NCBI GenBank assembly: GCA_964234715.1
Contig: OZ174280.1
DNA length: 64,000 nt
Source: Podarcis melisellensis
Taxonomy: Eukaryota
Direction: 5' to 3' (one strand)
Below, piece after piece: positions 63,647-64,000 of this stretch. The stretch's first letter is position 1. Each line of letters starts with the position of its first letter. The position numbers were made by a program, and so were the translations under genes. The notes beneath the pieces were generated by a model. It saw only the letters and a list, made by a program, of their open reading frames with translations. It did no database searches and was not told the DNA's origin.

Positions 63647-64000
63647 GAGGGGAAGTTAATGAAGGCAGGACATATTTGCACCTGCAAATCTTTTGTACCA
63701 GGGAAACTTGAGTGCAATGTAAATAAAAGAGGGGGAGAAATTGTTAAAGAGTTAACACGGAAAGATGCAAACAGAGCTCTAAACAGAAGCAGACACTCTG
63801 CTGATCCTCCAGGTTATGTTTACGGGATCGTAGAAACTGATTTTCCTTTGCATTAATAAGATCCATTGTACATAGGGTGCTAATATTTGCTCATTAACTC
63901 CTTTAACTGAGAATTAAGGGTTGCTTCTCACAGGTTATTTTTTTCTCTAGTACTGATATCTATAAACAAAATACATGAATATAGTGTTCGGTATGATGTT

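Noticed and set aside
63319-63717. ORFs spanning the N run
   Set aside because: Artefacts of the assembly gap.
1-64000. CRISPR arrays, operons or other prokaryotic systems
   Set aside because: Sequence is vertebrate with spliceosomal introns; no repeat-spacer array seen.

Overview
Vertebrate (eukaryotic, intron-containing) genomic DNA, most likely a squamate and probably a lacertid lizard, judging from its SINE/MITE/CR1/Penelope content. It holds the conserved CYB5RL-MRPL37-SSBP3 block. CYB5RL is complete on the minus strand (6 coding exons, 18734->9356, 308 aa). MRPL37 is complete on the plus strand (7 coding exons, 21684->29727, 433 aa) and shares a head-to-head CpG-island promoter (~21.2-22.2 kb) with CYB5RL. 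The last 13 coding exons and 3'UTR of SSBP3 lie on the minus strand (61947->41791, 266 aa; the 5' part is beyond the window). All exons were assembled by hand with GT-AG boundaries and consistent phases. Most ORFs in the supplied track are spurious. The rest of the window is intronic/intergenic DNA with many, often nested, transposon relics and a 196-nt assembly gap. I found no convincing wholly new gene system. The best oddities are: an in-frame, strong-context upstream ATG of MRPL37 blocked by a single TGA; an (TTTC)21 microsatellite serving as an SSBP3 polypyrimidine tract; a perfect CpG-rich intronic hairpin; Penelope hammerhead-ribozyme remnants; and several nested insertions. Gene and repeat-family names come from recalled homology, not database searches.
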